NCBI GenBank assembly: GCA_964491475.1
Contig: CAZBFO010000004.1
Coordinates: 67,290 to 131,289 of the forward strand
Direction: 5' to 3'
Source: an uncultured Gammaproteobacteria bacterium
GTDB taxonomy: Bacteria; Patescibacteriota; Patescibacteriia; SG8-24
DNA: 64,000 nucleotides
How positions within the stretch are numbered: position 1 is the stretch's first letter; each line of letters begins with the position of its first letter. The notes below the pieces were generated by a model that was given only the letters and a program-made list of their open reading frames with translations, made no database searches and was not told the DNA's origin. Of the stretch, positions 1 to 9,858 are shown in pieces. Both the position numbers and the translations under genes were made by a program.

Positions 1-10
1 GGCCGCTCTT

Positions 11-1240
11 TTGCTCGGCAGCCAGGCGTTCGCCAGAGGCGGGGGCGGAGGTTCCGGCGGCGGTGGCGGGGGCGGAGGCCACGGATACCATTCGTCATAT
101 TCCGGCGGCTCCGGCTCGTCAGACACGCCGATGACGCGGGGGCAGTTCGAGTTCATGCTCATCGCCGCGATTCCAACCTCGATTTTCACGCTCATTCTCC
201 TGCAACGCGCGTCCGCCATCAACAAAAAACGTCGCGAGGCCTTTTTCGCTTCCTTGCGAGCCGCGGCGGCAACCGATCCGTCCTGGGATCCAGATGCGAT
301 GCTTGCGCGTGCCAGAGACGTCTTCATGCGTTTTCAGCAGGCATGGGGCGCGAACGATACGGCCGCGATGAACGACATCTTGAGCGACTCGTATCGGACG
401 CGGGCGACGCTCGAACTGCAGGTGCTCTCGGCGATGAAGCGCCAAGACGTGATGTCCGAGATCGTCATTAAGGGCGCGTGGATCACCACCGCGTCGGTCG
501 GTGAACCCAACGCCCCAAAGTCTTTCAACGTCACTTTTGTCGCCTCCGCAACCGACAAGCTGATGGAAACGGACAGCGGCAAAACCTTGTTTACCGATAC
601 CGATCCGTTCACCGAATATTGGCATTTCGTCTGGGAAAACGGCGCCTGGAAGCTCGACCTCATCAAACAGGAGACGGAATCCGGAGCGTACGCCGAAAAG
701 GCCATCGCGGACTTCTCGCAAAAGAACGGCTTTTTCTATGACGCCGACTTCGGCTGGCTGATGATGCCCGACAAAGGCACGCTCTTTCACGCGGCCAGCT
801 TCGGAATGTCCGACATCAACAACCATGTCATCGGCACGTACCGGAACAAGATCGTCGAGTTCTACACCTATATTCCGGACCGCACCGACATGCCGCCCGC
901 CAACTATCTCGTGGCACAGGCAGTCTTGCCAAAGGAATACCACGACGTGCTCATCACCAAGCGCGGCCTGATTTCCTTTTGCCCCCGCGGATTGAAGGAA
1001 ATGTCGCTGGAGTTCCCCGATTTCAACAAGAAATTCCAAGTCTGCGTCCACCCCGACGACCAGATCAGCTCCTTGGAACTGCTCACGCCGAACTTCATGG
1101 AAAAAATCTTCGACCTCCCCTTCGACCTGCACGTCGAACTGGTCGGCAGGTTCCTGTACCTCTACACCAAAAAGCGCGACGTTTCCTACGACCAGATGTT
1201 AGAGGTCCTCTCGTGGGCCTTCGACGAGATGAAAGCGTGA
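11..1240 (+). CDS. Tim44-like domain membrane-anchored protein with glycine-rich N-terminus (start may lie upstream of the window; first codon in window is TTG)
   Basis: 409-aa ORF with a G/S-rich low-complexity N-terminus, a hydrophobic segment and a C-terminal globular part with coding-like composition (W, Y, F, N, K); architecture resembles bacterial Tim44-like proteins. Confidence 0.45.
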   Translation: MLGSQAFARGGGGGSGGGGGGGGHGYHSSYSGGSGSSDTPMTRGQFEFMLIAAIPTSIFTLILLQRASAINKKRREAFFASLRAAAATDPSWDPDAMLARARDVFMRFQQAWGANDTAAMNDILSDSYRTRATLELQVLSAMKRQDVMSEIVIKGAWITTASVGEPNAPKSFNVTFVASATDKLMETDSGKTLFTDTDPFTEYWHFVWENGAWKLDLIKQETESGAYAEKAIADFSQKNGFFYDADFGWLMMPDKGTLFHAASFGMSDINNHVIGTYRNKIVEFYTYIPDRTDMPPANYLVAQAVLPKEYHDVLITKRGLISFCPRGLKEMSLEFPDFNKKFQVCVHPDDQISSLELLTPNFMEKIFDLPFDLHVELVGRFLYLYTKKRDVSYDQMLEVLSWAFDEMKA

Positions 1241-1354
1241 ACCGAACCGGAGCCGTTTCATCTTGACCGACAGGCGCATTACTGCTATCCTGCCCCGTTC
1301 AGTCGCATCCCGCGCCTGTACGTGAGCAGCCCGAAAAAGGAGAAGGAAGCGAAC

Positions 1355-1813
1355 ATGGACCCGAGGAACATTCACCGAGCCCTCATCAAGTCCGCGCAGG
1401 TGACGAGCCGCATGCGAGGGGAAATCTCCTTCGTCGCAAACGCCATCGTGAAGACGCTCGGCATTCGCGAATGCACGGAGCAGGCCAAGAACTGGGAGCG
1501 GGATTGGCGGGAATTCAAAGCCGCCGCGATGCGATCGCCTTACGGAGGCGTCGTGTGGACAATGCGCCTCCGCGACGACCTCATGGCGATCCTCTGCAAA
1601 GACGCGGAGCAGGTCGGCAACGACGAGACGCGCGCCCTTTACCGGGCTTGCATCCATTTCGACGCCAACACGGAGCGCGACGTCGAAATCGTGGCGCCGG
1701 TGAACGTGTGGCGCGTGCATCAGCACCTCCCCACGCTCATCGATCTGGCGCGCTGGGAATTTCCCGTTCTGGAAGAACGATGGAAGCCGATGCTGTCTCC
1801 CGCGGAAATGTAA
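1355..1813 (+). CDS. hypothetical protein
   Basis: ATG at 1355 preceded by AAGGAGAAGG; natural amino-acid composition; the listed ORF start at 1322 is a GTG with no SD. Confidence 0.5.
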   Translation: MDPRNIHRALIKSAQVTSRMRGEISFVANAIVKTLGIRECTEQAKNWERDWREFKAAAMRSPYGGVVWTMRLRDDLMAILCKDAEQVGNDETRALYRACIHFDANTERDVEIVAPVNVWRVHQHLPTLIDLARWEFPVLEERWKPMLSPAEM

Positions 1814-1998
1814 CTCGAAGAGCCCCTTACGAAGCCGTGCAGGCAAGGAAGCCGTTTGGCACCTTGTCCGCACGGCTCTTGTTTATCTGCCGAAGCGCGA
1901 AAAGCGCCGATAAGCATTGCAAGTACGCCAGAAACAAGGTAAGAAACCCCCACATGCGTCGTCCCCAAAAATGCGCTAAGGCAAGGAAAATCCGCGTA

Positions 1999-2028
1999 TT
2001 TGCTACGGTCGCGCACTATCCGTTATAG
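1999..2028 (+). promoter_or_regulatory. sigma70-like promoter upstream of ftsH (TTGCTA-N17-TTATAG)
   Basis: -35 TTGCTA at 2000-2005, 17-nt spacer, -10 TTATAG/TATAGT at 2023-2029; leaves a very short leader to the ATG at 2052. Confidence 0.35.
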
Positions 2029-2051
2029 TGCACCTACCCATTACCCTACTT

Positions 2052-3962
2052 ATGAAAAATACGACCAAATCCATTACCAAGAACCTGGTCATCTCCATCG
2101 CGCTTTTCCTGGTGCTGGCGGCCGTCTTGAGCCTGTACTCGCTCGGCGGCAGCAGCGTCAAAAAGGTGCAGGTCAGCGAGGTGATCCAGCAGATCAACGA
2201 CGAGAAGGTGAAGTCCGTCGCGGTGAAGAGCGACACGCTCACCGTCACGCTGAACGACAATACAAAGGAAGTCTCCAACAAGGAGCCGGGAGACACGCTC
2301 TCCACGCTGCTCTCCAACTACAAGGTGGATCCGGCGAAGATGGAGAAGGTCCAAGTCGACATCCAGCAGGAGTCGGGCGTGGGCTATTGGGTCAGCAACA
2401 TGCTGCCGTTCATCCTCCCGTTCGTGCTGGTCGCCCTCTTCATCTTCTTCATGATGCGGCAGGTGCAGGGCGCCAACAACCGCGCCATGACCTTCGGGCA
2501 GAGCGGCGCCCGCGAGCAGGCCAAGGACGCCAAGGACCGCGTCATGTTCAAGGACGTGGCCGGCGTGAAGGAAGCCAAGGAGGAACTGCTCGAAGTCGTC
2601 GACTTCCTCCGCAATCCCAAGAAGTTCGTCGGCCTTGGCGCCAAGATTCCTAAGGGCGTCTTGCTGATGGGTTCGCCGGGCACCGGCAAGACCTTGCTGG
2701 CCCGCGCCGTAGCCGGCGAAGCCAACGTGCCCTTCTACCACATCTCCGGCTCGGAGTTCGTGGAGATGTTCGTGGGCGTGGGCGCCTCGCGCGTGCGCGA
2801 CCTGTTCAACAAGGCCAAGAAGAACGCCCCTTGCATCATTTTCATCGACGAAATCGACGCGGTCGGCCGCCAGCGCGGCACCGGCATGGGCGGCAGCCAC
2901 GACGAACGCGAACAGACCCTCAACCAGATCCTGGTCGAAATGGACGGCTTTGATCCCAACGCCGGCGTCATCATCCTCGCCGCCACCAACCGCCCCGACG
3001 TGCTCGACCCCGCGCTTCTGCGCCCGGGTCGCTTTGACCGCCGCGTGGTGCTCGACGAGCCGGACATCAACGACCGCGAGGCCATCCTCACGATTCACGC
3101 CAAGAACAAGCCGCTGGAGGACGACGTGAACCTGCGCCGCATCGCCCAGCGCACGCCCGGTTTCTCGGGCGCCGACCTGGCCAACATCATCAATGAAGGC
3201 GCGATTCTCGCCGCCCGCCGTAACAAGAAGAAGGTCGGCCAGCCGGAGCTGCTGGAGAGTATCGAGAAGGTGCTGCTCGGCCCCGAGCGCAAGAGCCACA
3301 TCCTCTCCGAGGACGAGCGCCGCGTCACCGCCTACCACGAGGCCGGCCACGCCCTCGTCTCGCACATGCTCCCCGACGCCGATCCGGTCCATAAGGTGTC
3401 CATCATCTCCCGTGGCCGCGCCGCCGGCTACACCCTCAAGCTTCCCAACGAGGACAAGCGCATGCACCGCAAGGTGGAGTTCATCGCCGACCTGGCGGTG
3501 TCGATGGGCGGCTACGTCGCCGAGACCGAGATCTTCGGCAGGGACAACCTGACCACCGGCCCCAGCGACGACCTCCGCAAAGCCACGCGCATGGCCCGCC
3601 GCCTCATCACCGACTTCGCCATGAGCGACAAGCTCGCCCCGCGCACCTTCGGCGAAAAGGAAGAAATGGTCTTCCTCGGCGGCCAAATCAACCATCAGCG
3701 CGACTACTCCGAGAAGATCGCCGAGGAGCTCGACCACGAAATCGAGAAGCTGATGAACGACGCCAAGGCCACGGCCCGCAAGATCATCACCGAGAACCGC
3801 GACAAGCTCGACAAGATCGTGGCCGCGTTGCTCGAAAAGGAAACCATCGAAAAGGAAGAGTTCGACGAGCTGATGGGCAGCCATCACCCTTCCGAAAGGC
3901 CCGCGCCGCCGGGTGGCGACCACAACGGGTCCGCCCCTCGCTTCACCCCGAAGATGGCGTAA
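2052..3962 (+). CDS. ftsH: ATP-dependent zinc metalloprotease FtsH
   Basis: N-terminal TM, AAA Walker [18 protein letters not shown], second region of homology, HEAGH zinc site, C-terminal helical domain; the GTG at 2028 lies inside the -10 box, so ATG 2052 (MKNTTKS) is preferred. Confidence 0.9.
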   Translation: MKNTTKSITKNLVISIALFLVLAAVLSLYSLGGSSVKKVQVSEVIQQINDEKVKSVAVKSDTLTVTLNDNTKEVSNKEPGDTLSTLLSNYKVDPAKMEKVQVDIQQESGVGYWVSNMLPFILPFVLVALFIFFMMRQVQGANNRAMTFGQSGAREQAKDAKDRVMFKDVAGVKEAKEELLEVVDFLRNPKKFVGLGAKIPKGVLLMGSPGTGKTLLARAVAGEANVPFYHISGSEFVEMFVGVGASRVRDLFNKAKKNAPCIIFIDEIDAVGRQRGTGMGGSHDEREQTLNQILVEMDGFDPNAGVIILAATNRPDVLDPALLRPGRFDRRVVLDEPDINDREAILTIHAKNKPLEDDVNLRRIAQRTPGFSGADLANIINEGAILAARRNKKKVGQPELLESIEKVLLGPERKSHILSEDERRVTAYHEAGHALVSHMLPDADPVHKVSIISRGRAAGYTLKLPNEDKRMHRKVEFIADLAVSMGGYVAETEIFGRDNLTTGPSDDLRKATRMARRLITDFAMSDKLAPRTFGEKEEMVFLGGQINHQRDYSEKIAEELDHEIEKLMNDAKATARKIITENRDKLDKIVAALLEKETIEKEEFDELMGSHHPSERPAPPGGDHNGSAPRFTPKMA

Positions 3963-4084
3963 AGCGAAAACCGGCCCCCGCCCGATGCGGGGCCGGTTTT
4001 TGGTTCGCCCAGCGCGCCGGACTTCAACCCCTCCCCATCCCCGTGCTATAGTATGCGCATCGAGCCGTCGCTTTGCCTCGGCCC

Positions 4085-5107
4085 ATGCTCAACCCTATGG
4101 CCAAAAAGTTCGACAACGCACCGTTCTACCGCCGCATTATCGGCGATTCACTCCGCATCGCCTGGATGCACAAGCAGCTTTGGATTTTCGGCTTCTTTGC
4201 CACCCTCATCGGTTTCGGTGGCGTATCCGAGGTGTTTTTTACCGCCATCGAGCGCACTTCGCGGACGCTTCCGGTCGCCGCCGCGCAAGGAACCTCGTTC
4301 TGGTCCATCATCCCCGGCTATTCCACGATGCGCGCAGTCATCGAGTATTCCACGGTGCCGGCCGTAGCCCTGGTGATTTGCGCCTTCGTGCTGGCCGTCA
4401 TCGGAGCGGTGTTTGCCTGGATGTCGCTGGTTTCCGTCGGTGCGCTTGTTTCGGGGTCACGCAAGATCTCTCGCGGCGGCGAGCCGACGTTCGGTGACGG
4501 CGTGAAGGCCGGCAGCGAAGCCTTTTGGCGCCTGTTCGGCCTGAACGTCCTCACCAAGACGATCATCGCTGGCGCGCTGTTCGTTTCGAGCGCCAACCTC
4601 TACGCTCTCATGCGCGACGGTTCGCTGACCAGCAGCCTGTTCTACCTCGGCTCGTTCATGCTCCTCGTTGCGGTCTCATTCATGGCCGCGCTCATCGAAG
4701 TGTTCGGTGCCATGTACGTCGCCATAAAGAACGCCAACATACGCATTGCCCTGGCATCCTCCCTGGCGATGATCAGATTGCATTGGCTGATCGCCTTGGA
4801 GCTGGCACTGCTGCTGCTCGTCACGACAGTGACGATCGGCGCTGCGGCGGCGCTGGCAGTAATGGTGCTTTCGGTGCCGTTCATATTCCTGATCGCCATC
4901 GCCTCCTTTCTGAAAGCCGTCGCCGCAATCTACGCCCTGATCACCCTTTCCGCTGCGCTCATCATCATCTCCGTCATCTGCCTAGGCTCATTCCTCACTG
5001 CCGTTCAGGCGACCGCCTGGACGCTCCTGTGGAGCGAGCTTGAGGAACGCCGCGCATCGGGGCTCCTGCACCGTCTGGCGCGCCGCATCGCCTCTCATTT
5101 CGACTAA
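4085..5107 (+). CDS. polytopic integral membrane protein, function unknown
   Basis: at least 6 predicted TM helices; TATAGT -10 at 4047-4052 upstream; start ambiguous among TTG 4073, ATG 4085 and ATG 4097. Confidence 0.5.
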   Translation: MLNPMAKKFDNAPFYRRIIGDSLRIAWMHKQLWIFGFFATLIGFGGVSEVFFTAIERTSRTLPVAAAQGTSFWSIIPGYSTMRAVIEYSTVPAVALVICAFVLAVIGAVFAWMSLVSVGALVSGSRKISRGGEPTFGDGVKAGSEAFWRLFGLNVLTKTIIAGALFVSSANLYALMRDGSLTSSLFYLGSFMLLVAVSFMAALIEVFGAMYVAIKNANIRIALASSLAMIRLHWLIALELALLLLVTTVTIGAAAALAVMVLSVPFIFLIAIASFLKAVAAIYALITLSAALIIISVICLGSFLTAVQATAWTLLWSELEERRASGLLHRLARRIASHFD

Positions 5108-5220
5108 CGGCGAAAAAAGGGGCACACTAAGCCACGCCTCCGAGGCGTGGCTTTTCAGTACCGCGCGACGTGCCGGTTTGAGTGGAAAGAAAGCGTAAAA
5201 AATGCTATACTGATGAGACT

Positions 5221-6930
5221 ATGAGTGGCTCGATCGAAGACCTGTTGGGAAAGTCGAAAAAGCCGAGCACGCCGGGCCAAGAATCAGCCCAGGAGAAGTT
5301 CTCGACCAAGATGGAGGAAATCCGTCTCAAGAACCTCGAAAAGCTGACGATGCAGTCGGCCAAGGCGCTCGGATTCGAGTACATCGACCTCAAGGGCTTC
5401 CCGATTTCTCCGGAAGCCTTGCAGCTGATCCCGCGCGAACAGGCCAAGCAGAACAAGGTGGTGTGCTTCCTGTACACCGGCAAGGACGCGCGCATCGGAG
5501 CGGTCAACCCCAAAGACCCGATCATGGACGAAATCGTCTATCAGGTGAAGGAGCGTGCCCATCCGGAAACCGTCGGCGTCTACATGATTTCGGAACACAG
5601 CTTCGAACAGGCCGAAAAGGTCTACGACGCGCTGCCCGAAGTGAAGGAAATCGTGAAAGGCGTCGAAATCACCGAAGACGACCTCAAGAAGTTCCAAGCG
5701 GCGGTGCCCACTCTGGGCGATCTCGACGGTGCCGTCCAAAAAGTCTCCACCTCCGACTTCGTGGCCTTGATCATCGCCATCTCGCTTTCATCCGGCGTGT
5801 CCGACATTCACATCGAAGCGCAGGAAAAATCGGTCGACGTGAAGTACCGCATCGACGGCATCCTCAACAAAGTCGCTTCGGTGAAGAAGGAACTGTGGCA
5901 GCGCATCGTCAACCGCATCAAGCTGTTTTCGGGCCTCAAGCTGAACATCGTGACCGTGCCGCAGGACGGCCGTTTCACGATTTTCACCACCGAAGGCAAG
6001 GTCGACGTGCGTGTTTCCACGCTGCCGACGGCCTACGGCGAATCCATCGTCATGCGTCTGCTCAAGCCCGGTACTATCGCATTGCAATTCGAGCAGCTCG
6101 GCATCCGCGGCATCGCCTACGAGCAGCTCAAGTTCCAGGTGGAGCGCCCCAACGGCATGATCATCACCACCGGTCCTACCGGTTCCGGTAAGACGACCTC
6201 GCTGTACGCCATCCTCAACAAGCTCAACGACGGCCACACCAAGATCATCACCTTGGAAGACCCTGTCGAATACAAGCTGCAGGGCATTTCGCAGTCGCAG
6301 ATCGACAAAAGCAAAGACTACACCTTCGCCAAAGGCCTCCACTCCATCCTCCGCCAAGACCCGGACGTGGTGATGGTCGGCGAATTGCGCGAACTCGAAA
6401 CCGCGGAAGTCGCCATTCAGGCGGCGCTCACCGGTCACTTGGTGCTCTCTACCATTCACACCAACAGCGCTGCCGGTGCCGTCCCCCGTTTCCTCTCGAT
6501 GGGCGTGCAGCCGTTCCTGCTCGCGCCGGCACTGAACGCCGTCATCGGCCAGCGTCTGGTGCGCCGCATCTGCAAGGACTGCATCATCGAAGACTCGCCC
6601 GCGCCGGACCAAATCGAGAAGGCCAAGAAGATCATGTCGGAATTGAGCCCCAAGTCCGGCTACACCGTCGACCTCAACAACCTCAAGTTCTACAAGGGCA
6701 AGGGCTGCAAGACCTGCGGCAACCTGGGCTACAAGGGCCGCATGGGTATCTACGAAATCATGTCGATGACCGAGGAAATCGAAAAAATCATCTTGAGCGG
6801 CAAGGTCTCGGAGTACGACATGCAGCGCATCGCCATGGAGCAGGGCATGGTCAGCATGGTTCAGGACGGCATCCTCAAGGCTTTGGACAAGATCTCGACG
6901 CTCGAAGAGGTGTTCAGCGTCGCGGAATAA
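5221..6930 (+). CDS. type IV pilus / type II secretion ATPase of the PilB/GspE family
   Basis: N-terminal GSPII_E_N-type domain, Walker A GPTGSGKTT, Asp box, His box, tetracysteine motif CKDC...CKTCGNLGY; start ATG 5221 (MSGSIEDLL) preferred over the listed GTG 5182. Confidence 0.85.
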   Translation: MSGSIEDLLGKSKKPSTPGQESAQEKFSTKMEEIRLKNLEKLTMQSAKALGFEYIDLKGFPISPEALQLIPREQAKQNKVVCFLYTGKDARIGAVNPKDPIMDEIVYQVKERAHPETVGVYMISEHSFEQAEKVYDALPEVKEIVKGVEITEDDLKKFQAAVPTLGDLDGAVQKVSTSDFVALIIAISLSSGVSDIHIEAQEKSVDVKYRIDGILNKVASVKKELWQRIVNRIKLFSGLKLNIVTVPQDGRFTIFTTEGKVDVRVSTLPTAYGESIVMRLLKPGTIALQFEQLGIRGIAYEQLKFQVERPNGMIITTGPTGSGKTTSLYAILNKLNDGHTKIITLEDPVEYKLQGISQSQIDKSKDYTFAKGLHSILRQDPDVVMVGELRELETAEVAIQAALTGHLVLSTIHTNSAAGAVPRFLSMGVQPFLLAPALNAVIGQRLVRRICKDCIIEDSPAPDQIEKAKKIMSELSPKSGYTVDLNNLKFYKGKGCKTCGNLGYKGRMGIYEIMSMTEEIEKIILSGKVSEYDMQRIAMEQGMVSMVQDGILKALDKISTLEEVFSVAE

Positions 6931-6966
6931 GAAAGAAAAAAGCCGGTCCGAGAACGGACCGGCTGT

Positions 6967-8670
6967 TTATTTTTCCTTGAGCATCTGATCGATGCGCTCG
7001 AGGATTTCGTCAGGACTCGGATCGAAATCGACGTCGATTTCGCCGAACACCGTGCTTTCGACCTCTGCGCCCGCCGCCGGTTTTACCGGAGCCGGCTCAC
7101 CGACCGTCGGTGCAGCCTTGGAAGACGGATCGCCGAAGATGGGGTCGAGCAGAGGCTCTTTGCCGAACGGCCTGGTCGGATCGTCGCCGGCCTTGGTCGC
7201 AGCGGCCGCCTGCCGAAGGATTTCCGCGAGCAGGTCCTGTTCGGTAGCCTCGTTGAAGCCGCGCTCGTGGTCGTACTTTCGCGTCATGCAGTGCCGCGAC
7301 TCGTGCGCCAAGATGATCAGCAGGCTCTGCAACGAAGGCAGTTCCGTCCTCGTCTTGGCCTGGATCCAGATTTCCTTGAAGGCCGTCTCTCCGTACCCTG
7401 CGAACCCGAGCATGCGCCGCATGGCCTCGTCGAGGGGATGGAAGAAGTAGATCGGGTACTGCGTCCGCTGCGGGAAGTGCTTGGCGAACAGCTTCCAAGC
7501 CGCCGTGAAGCGCTGCCTGCTGGCCTCGTCGAGGCCCTCGAAAGGCACCAGTTCCAGCCGGTCTTCGGGATTCTTCGGGAAGACGTCTTCGGCGTTGGGA
7601 ACGCCCAAGTCCTTCAGGAAGAGGTGAAAATCATGACTGCCCTGACGCAACAGCGTATAGCCGTAAATCTGCACGGCGTCGCTGTTGGCCACCTCGTTGG
7701 CGCTGGCCGGGAGGGCCACCTTCGGCCCAAAGACCTCATGAACCGCGCGCAGCCAGGCCACGCGCGCCTCGGGTGTCAATCTGGGGTTGCGCAGGCAACC
7801 CAAGGCGCGTTCCTCGAACTTCGCCTTGCCTTCGGCGATGCCGCGCATCACGGTGATGCAGATGTCCGCGTCGTCGAGCTTGCCGAACATGCCGCCGACG
7901 GCCGACTGATACGTCGACGGGCTCTTGAGGATGCGTTCCTCGGAGAGCATCGCCTTGTCGTACAGCGAGTAGTCGAACAGGGACGAACGCGCCGGAGCGC
8001 TGTCGCAGTCGGCCAGGACGCCGAGCAGGAACAGCCGGGTGTTCTTCACGTCCGACTTCGGCCAGATTTCGCCGATGCCGTCGACCGTCGCGTAAGCGTG
8101 GTGCCGAGACATGAACTTGAAGTACCGTTCCGGCACGTCGAGTATCTTGCCGAATTCCTCGGTGTATTCGAGATACACCGTGGTCTGCCCCTCGCCGGCG
8201 TAGCAGCGTTCGTCCGTCAGCGCCCACTCGAAGTCCTTGTCCTCGTCGTAGGCGTTGCAGACGTGCTCGCGCAGCATCTTGAAGGTCTTCTTGTCGTCGG
8301 TGCCGATGGGCTTGTCCCAATCGGGAAACGCCTCGACCACCATGTTCGACGGGAACCGCAGACGCTTCGGCTTTTCCGGTTCCCCGCCCTCGTTGAGGTA
8401 GTAGTGGTAGTGCACGTGGTGCGAAACCACCCCCTCGACGGTGACCTCGTCGGTATCGAACTCCAGAAAATAGGAACCCTGCGGGTCCCGCGAACTGATG
8501 CCGGTCGAGAGGTTGAGACGCAGCGCGGCGACAGCCGCGAGCTTGGTGCCTGAACCCTTGTTGCCGATGGTGCCGTTCTGGCTCATTTTGTCGCGCTTGG
8601 TCGACAGGCCGATGAGCTCGAGCAGCTTGCGATTCAACGAACCCTTATTCTTAATGTGCAGGTACTTCAC
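6967..8670 (-). CDS. large hypothetical protein with C-terminal gluzincin-like HExxH...E motif
   Basis: coding-like composition throughout; motif ILAHESRHCMT followed about 20 aa later by NEATE; GTG start at 8670 (MKYLHIKNKGSL) has a GGAGG SD and overlaps the stop of the upstream small ORF in a GTGA arrangement. Confidence 0.55.
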   Translation of the reverse strand: MKYLHIKNKGSLNRKLLELIGLSTKRDKMSQNGTIGNKGSGTKLAAVAALRLNLSTGISSRDPQGSYFLEFDTDEVTVEGVVSHHVHYHYYLNEGGEPEKPKRLRFPSNMVVEAFPDWDKPIGTDDKKTFKMLREHVCNAYDEDKDFEWALTDERCYAGEGQTTVYLEYTEEFGKILDVPERYFKFMSRHHAYATVDGIGEIWPKSDVKNTRLFLLGVLADCDSAPARSSLFDYSLYDKAMLSEERILKSPSTYQSAVGGMFGKLDDADICITVMRGIAEGKAKFEERALGCLRNPRLTPEARVAWLRAVHEVFGPKVALPASANEVANSDAVQIYGYTLLRQGSHDFHLFLKDLGVPNAEDVFPKNPEDRLELVPFEGLDEASRQRFTAAWKLFAKHFPQRTQYPIYFFHPLDEAMRRMLGFAGYGETAFKEIWIQAKTRTELPSLQSLLIILAHESRHCMTRKYDHERGFNEATEQDLLAEILRQAAAATKAGDDPTRPFGKEPLLDPIFGDPSSKAAPTVGEPAPVKPAAGAEVESTVFGEIDVDFDPSPDEILERIDQMLKEK

Positions 8671-8753
8671 GACGCACCTCCAGTGCCAAAAAGCGACAAA
8701 AGACGTGGCCACGAAAGGGCGACTACGTGCGTTTCCTCATGGGAACTGCGCAT
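8667..8753 (-). CDS. small upstream ORF (28 aa) translationally coupled to the HExxH protein gene
   Basis: ATG with near-perfect SD AAAAGGAGG 6 nt upstream; ends in TGA overlapping the GTG of the downstream gene; peptide MRSSHEETHVVALSWPRLLSLFGTGGAS. Confidence 0.25.
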   Translation of the reverse strand: MRSSHEETHVVALSWPRLLSLFGTGGAS

Positions 8754-8856
8754 GGCTGCCTCCTTTTCGAACCTAACAGGAAAAAAGCCGTTTGGCAATA
8801 AGAGGACCCTCGGCGCAAGCGCGACGAGAGTCCAAGCGGAGAAGTAGGTTGCACGG

Positions 8857-9249
8857 TCAGTGCTTGCCGAAGGTGGATTGGAACCCCTGGGCGAGGTCCC
8901 TCGTGTGGAGAGTGCCGCGTTGCTGCTGCGGCTGGACGGTCGTGCCCGTGACGAAGGTTCGGTTGGAACCGGTCGGTTTGGGCGTCACCTTGGGGGCGAC
9001 GGGCTTCTTGGCCGCCGGGGCGGAAGATGCGGTCGCGACCGAAGCGGTTGCCGCAGAAGCGGCGGGCTGGGCGGCGACGTCGGTCACCTGGACAGGGCGC
9101 GTCGGTTGACCGAGCGCGACGATCGTCTGGAAGGTCGACGGCCTTTCGCCGTTGGCCGGGACGGGATCGTTCGCCTTGTGCCAAGGCATCAGGATGAAGA
9201 TGAAAATCAGCTCCAGGATGACGGCACCAGCAAGTCCGATTTTGGTCAT
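8857..9249 (-). CDS. small membrane-anchored Pro/Ala-rich protein
   Basis: ATG 9249 with SD AAGGAGA; one N-terminal TM helix then a P/A/T-rich tail; the listed ORF to 9318 is over-extended. Confidence 0.5.
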   Translation of the reverse strand: MTKIGLAGAVILELIFIFILMPWHKANDPVPANGERPSTFQTIVALGQPTRPVQVTDVAAQPAASAATASVATASSAPAAKKPVAPKVTPKPTGSNRTFVTGTTVQPQQQRGTLHTRDLAQGFQSTFGKH

Positions 9250-9333
9250 TTGTGAATCTCCTTGTATTCGTTGGCTCGTCGCGTTTTGCGACGAAGCGTC
9301 AGCGATGAGTTGCCTCATTTACTGACGCCTACA

Positions 9334-9362
9334 CTATAGCACAAAAACAGGCTTTTGTCAAG
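9334..9362 (-). promoter_or_regulatory. sigma70-like promoter (TTGACA-N17-TATAGT) for the 8857-9249 gene
   Basis: on the minus strand TTGACAAAAGCCTGTTTTTGTGCTATAGT; the -35 overlaps the hairpin CAGGCTTttgtcAAGCCTG. Confidence 0.45.
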
Positions 9363-9407
9363 CCTGTCAGGTCAATATTTAGGCTAAAATAAGCATTTTA
9401 TTTAAGC

Positions 9408-9854
9408 TCAATGCTTTTGGACGGTCAGAGAGCGTGCCTCGCCCGATGCGAAGCCGAAAGTCAGCTCGACGTAGGATTTCGAGGAGTGAATCTCCGGCAC
9501 GCGATCGGCCCACTCCACCAGGGTGACAGTCGAGGCGTCGCCGGAATATTCTTCAAACCCGATGGTCGTCAGTTCTTTCCAGGACTCCAAGCGATACGCG
9601 TCGACGTGACAGATGCGCGCAACGCCCCTTTTCTTCGCCTTGGCGCCGGTGGCGAACACCTGCATCAAGATGAACGTCGGGCTCTTCACCGCTTCCTCGA
9701 CGCCGAGCTGCTTGGCCAGCATCTGCGTGAGCGTGGTCTTTCCGGCACCGAGATCGCCGACCAAGCCGACCACGTCGCCGCCGCGAAGTGACTTCGCAAA
9801 CTCCCCTGCGAAGGCTTCCAGCTCTTTCAGATTTTTGATGATGACTTTCCGCAT
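9408..9854 (-). CDS. tsaE: tRNA threonylcarbamoyladenosine biosynthesis protein TsaE
   Basis: P-loop GDLGAGKTT, typical TsaE length when started at ATG 9854 (MRKVIIK), 5 nt after the tsaD stop; the listed start 9911 would overlap tsaD by 53 nt. Confidence 0.75.
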   Translation of the reverse strand: MRKVIIKNLKELEAFAGEFAKSLRGGDVVGLVGDLGAGKTTLTQMLAKQLGVEEAVKSPTFILMQVFATGAKAKKRGVARICHVDAYRLESWKELTTIGFEEYSGDASTVTLVEWADRVPEIHSSKSYVELTFGFASGEARSLTVQKH

Positions 9855-9858
9855 ACGG

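Noticed and set aside
2046-3923. 625-aa minus-strand ORF antisense to ftsH
   Set aside because: Arg/Ala/Gly/Val-dominated composition typical of the antisense frame of a high-GC gene; ftsH on the plus strand is unambiguous.
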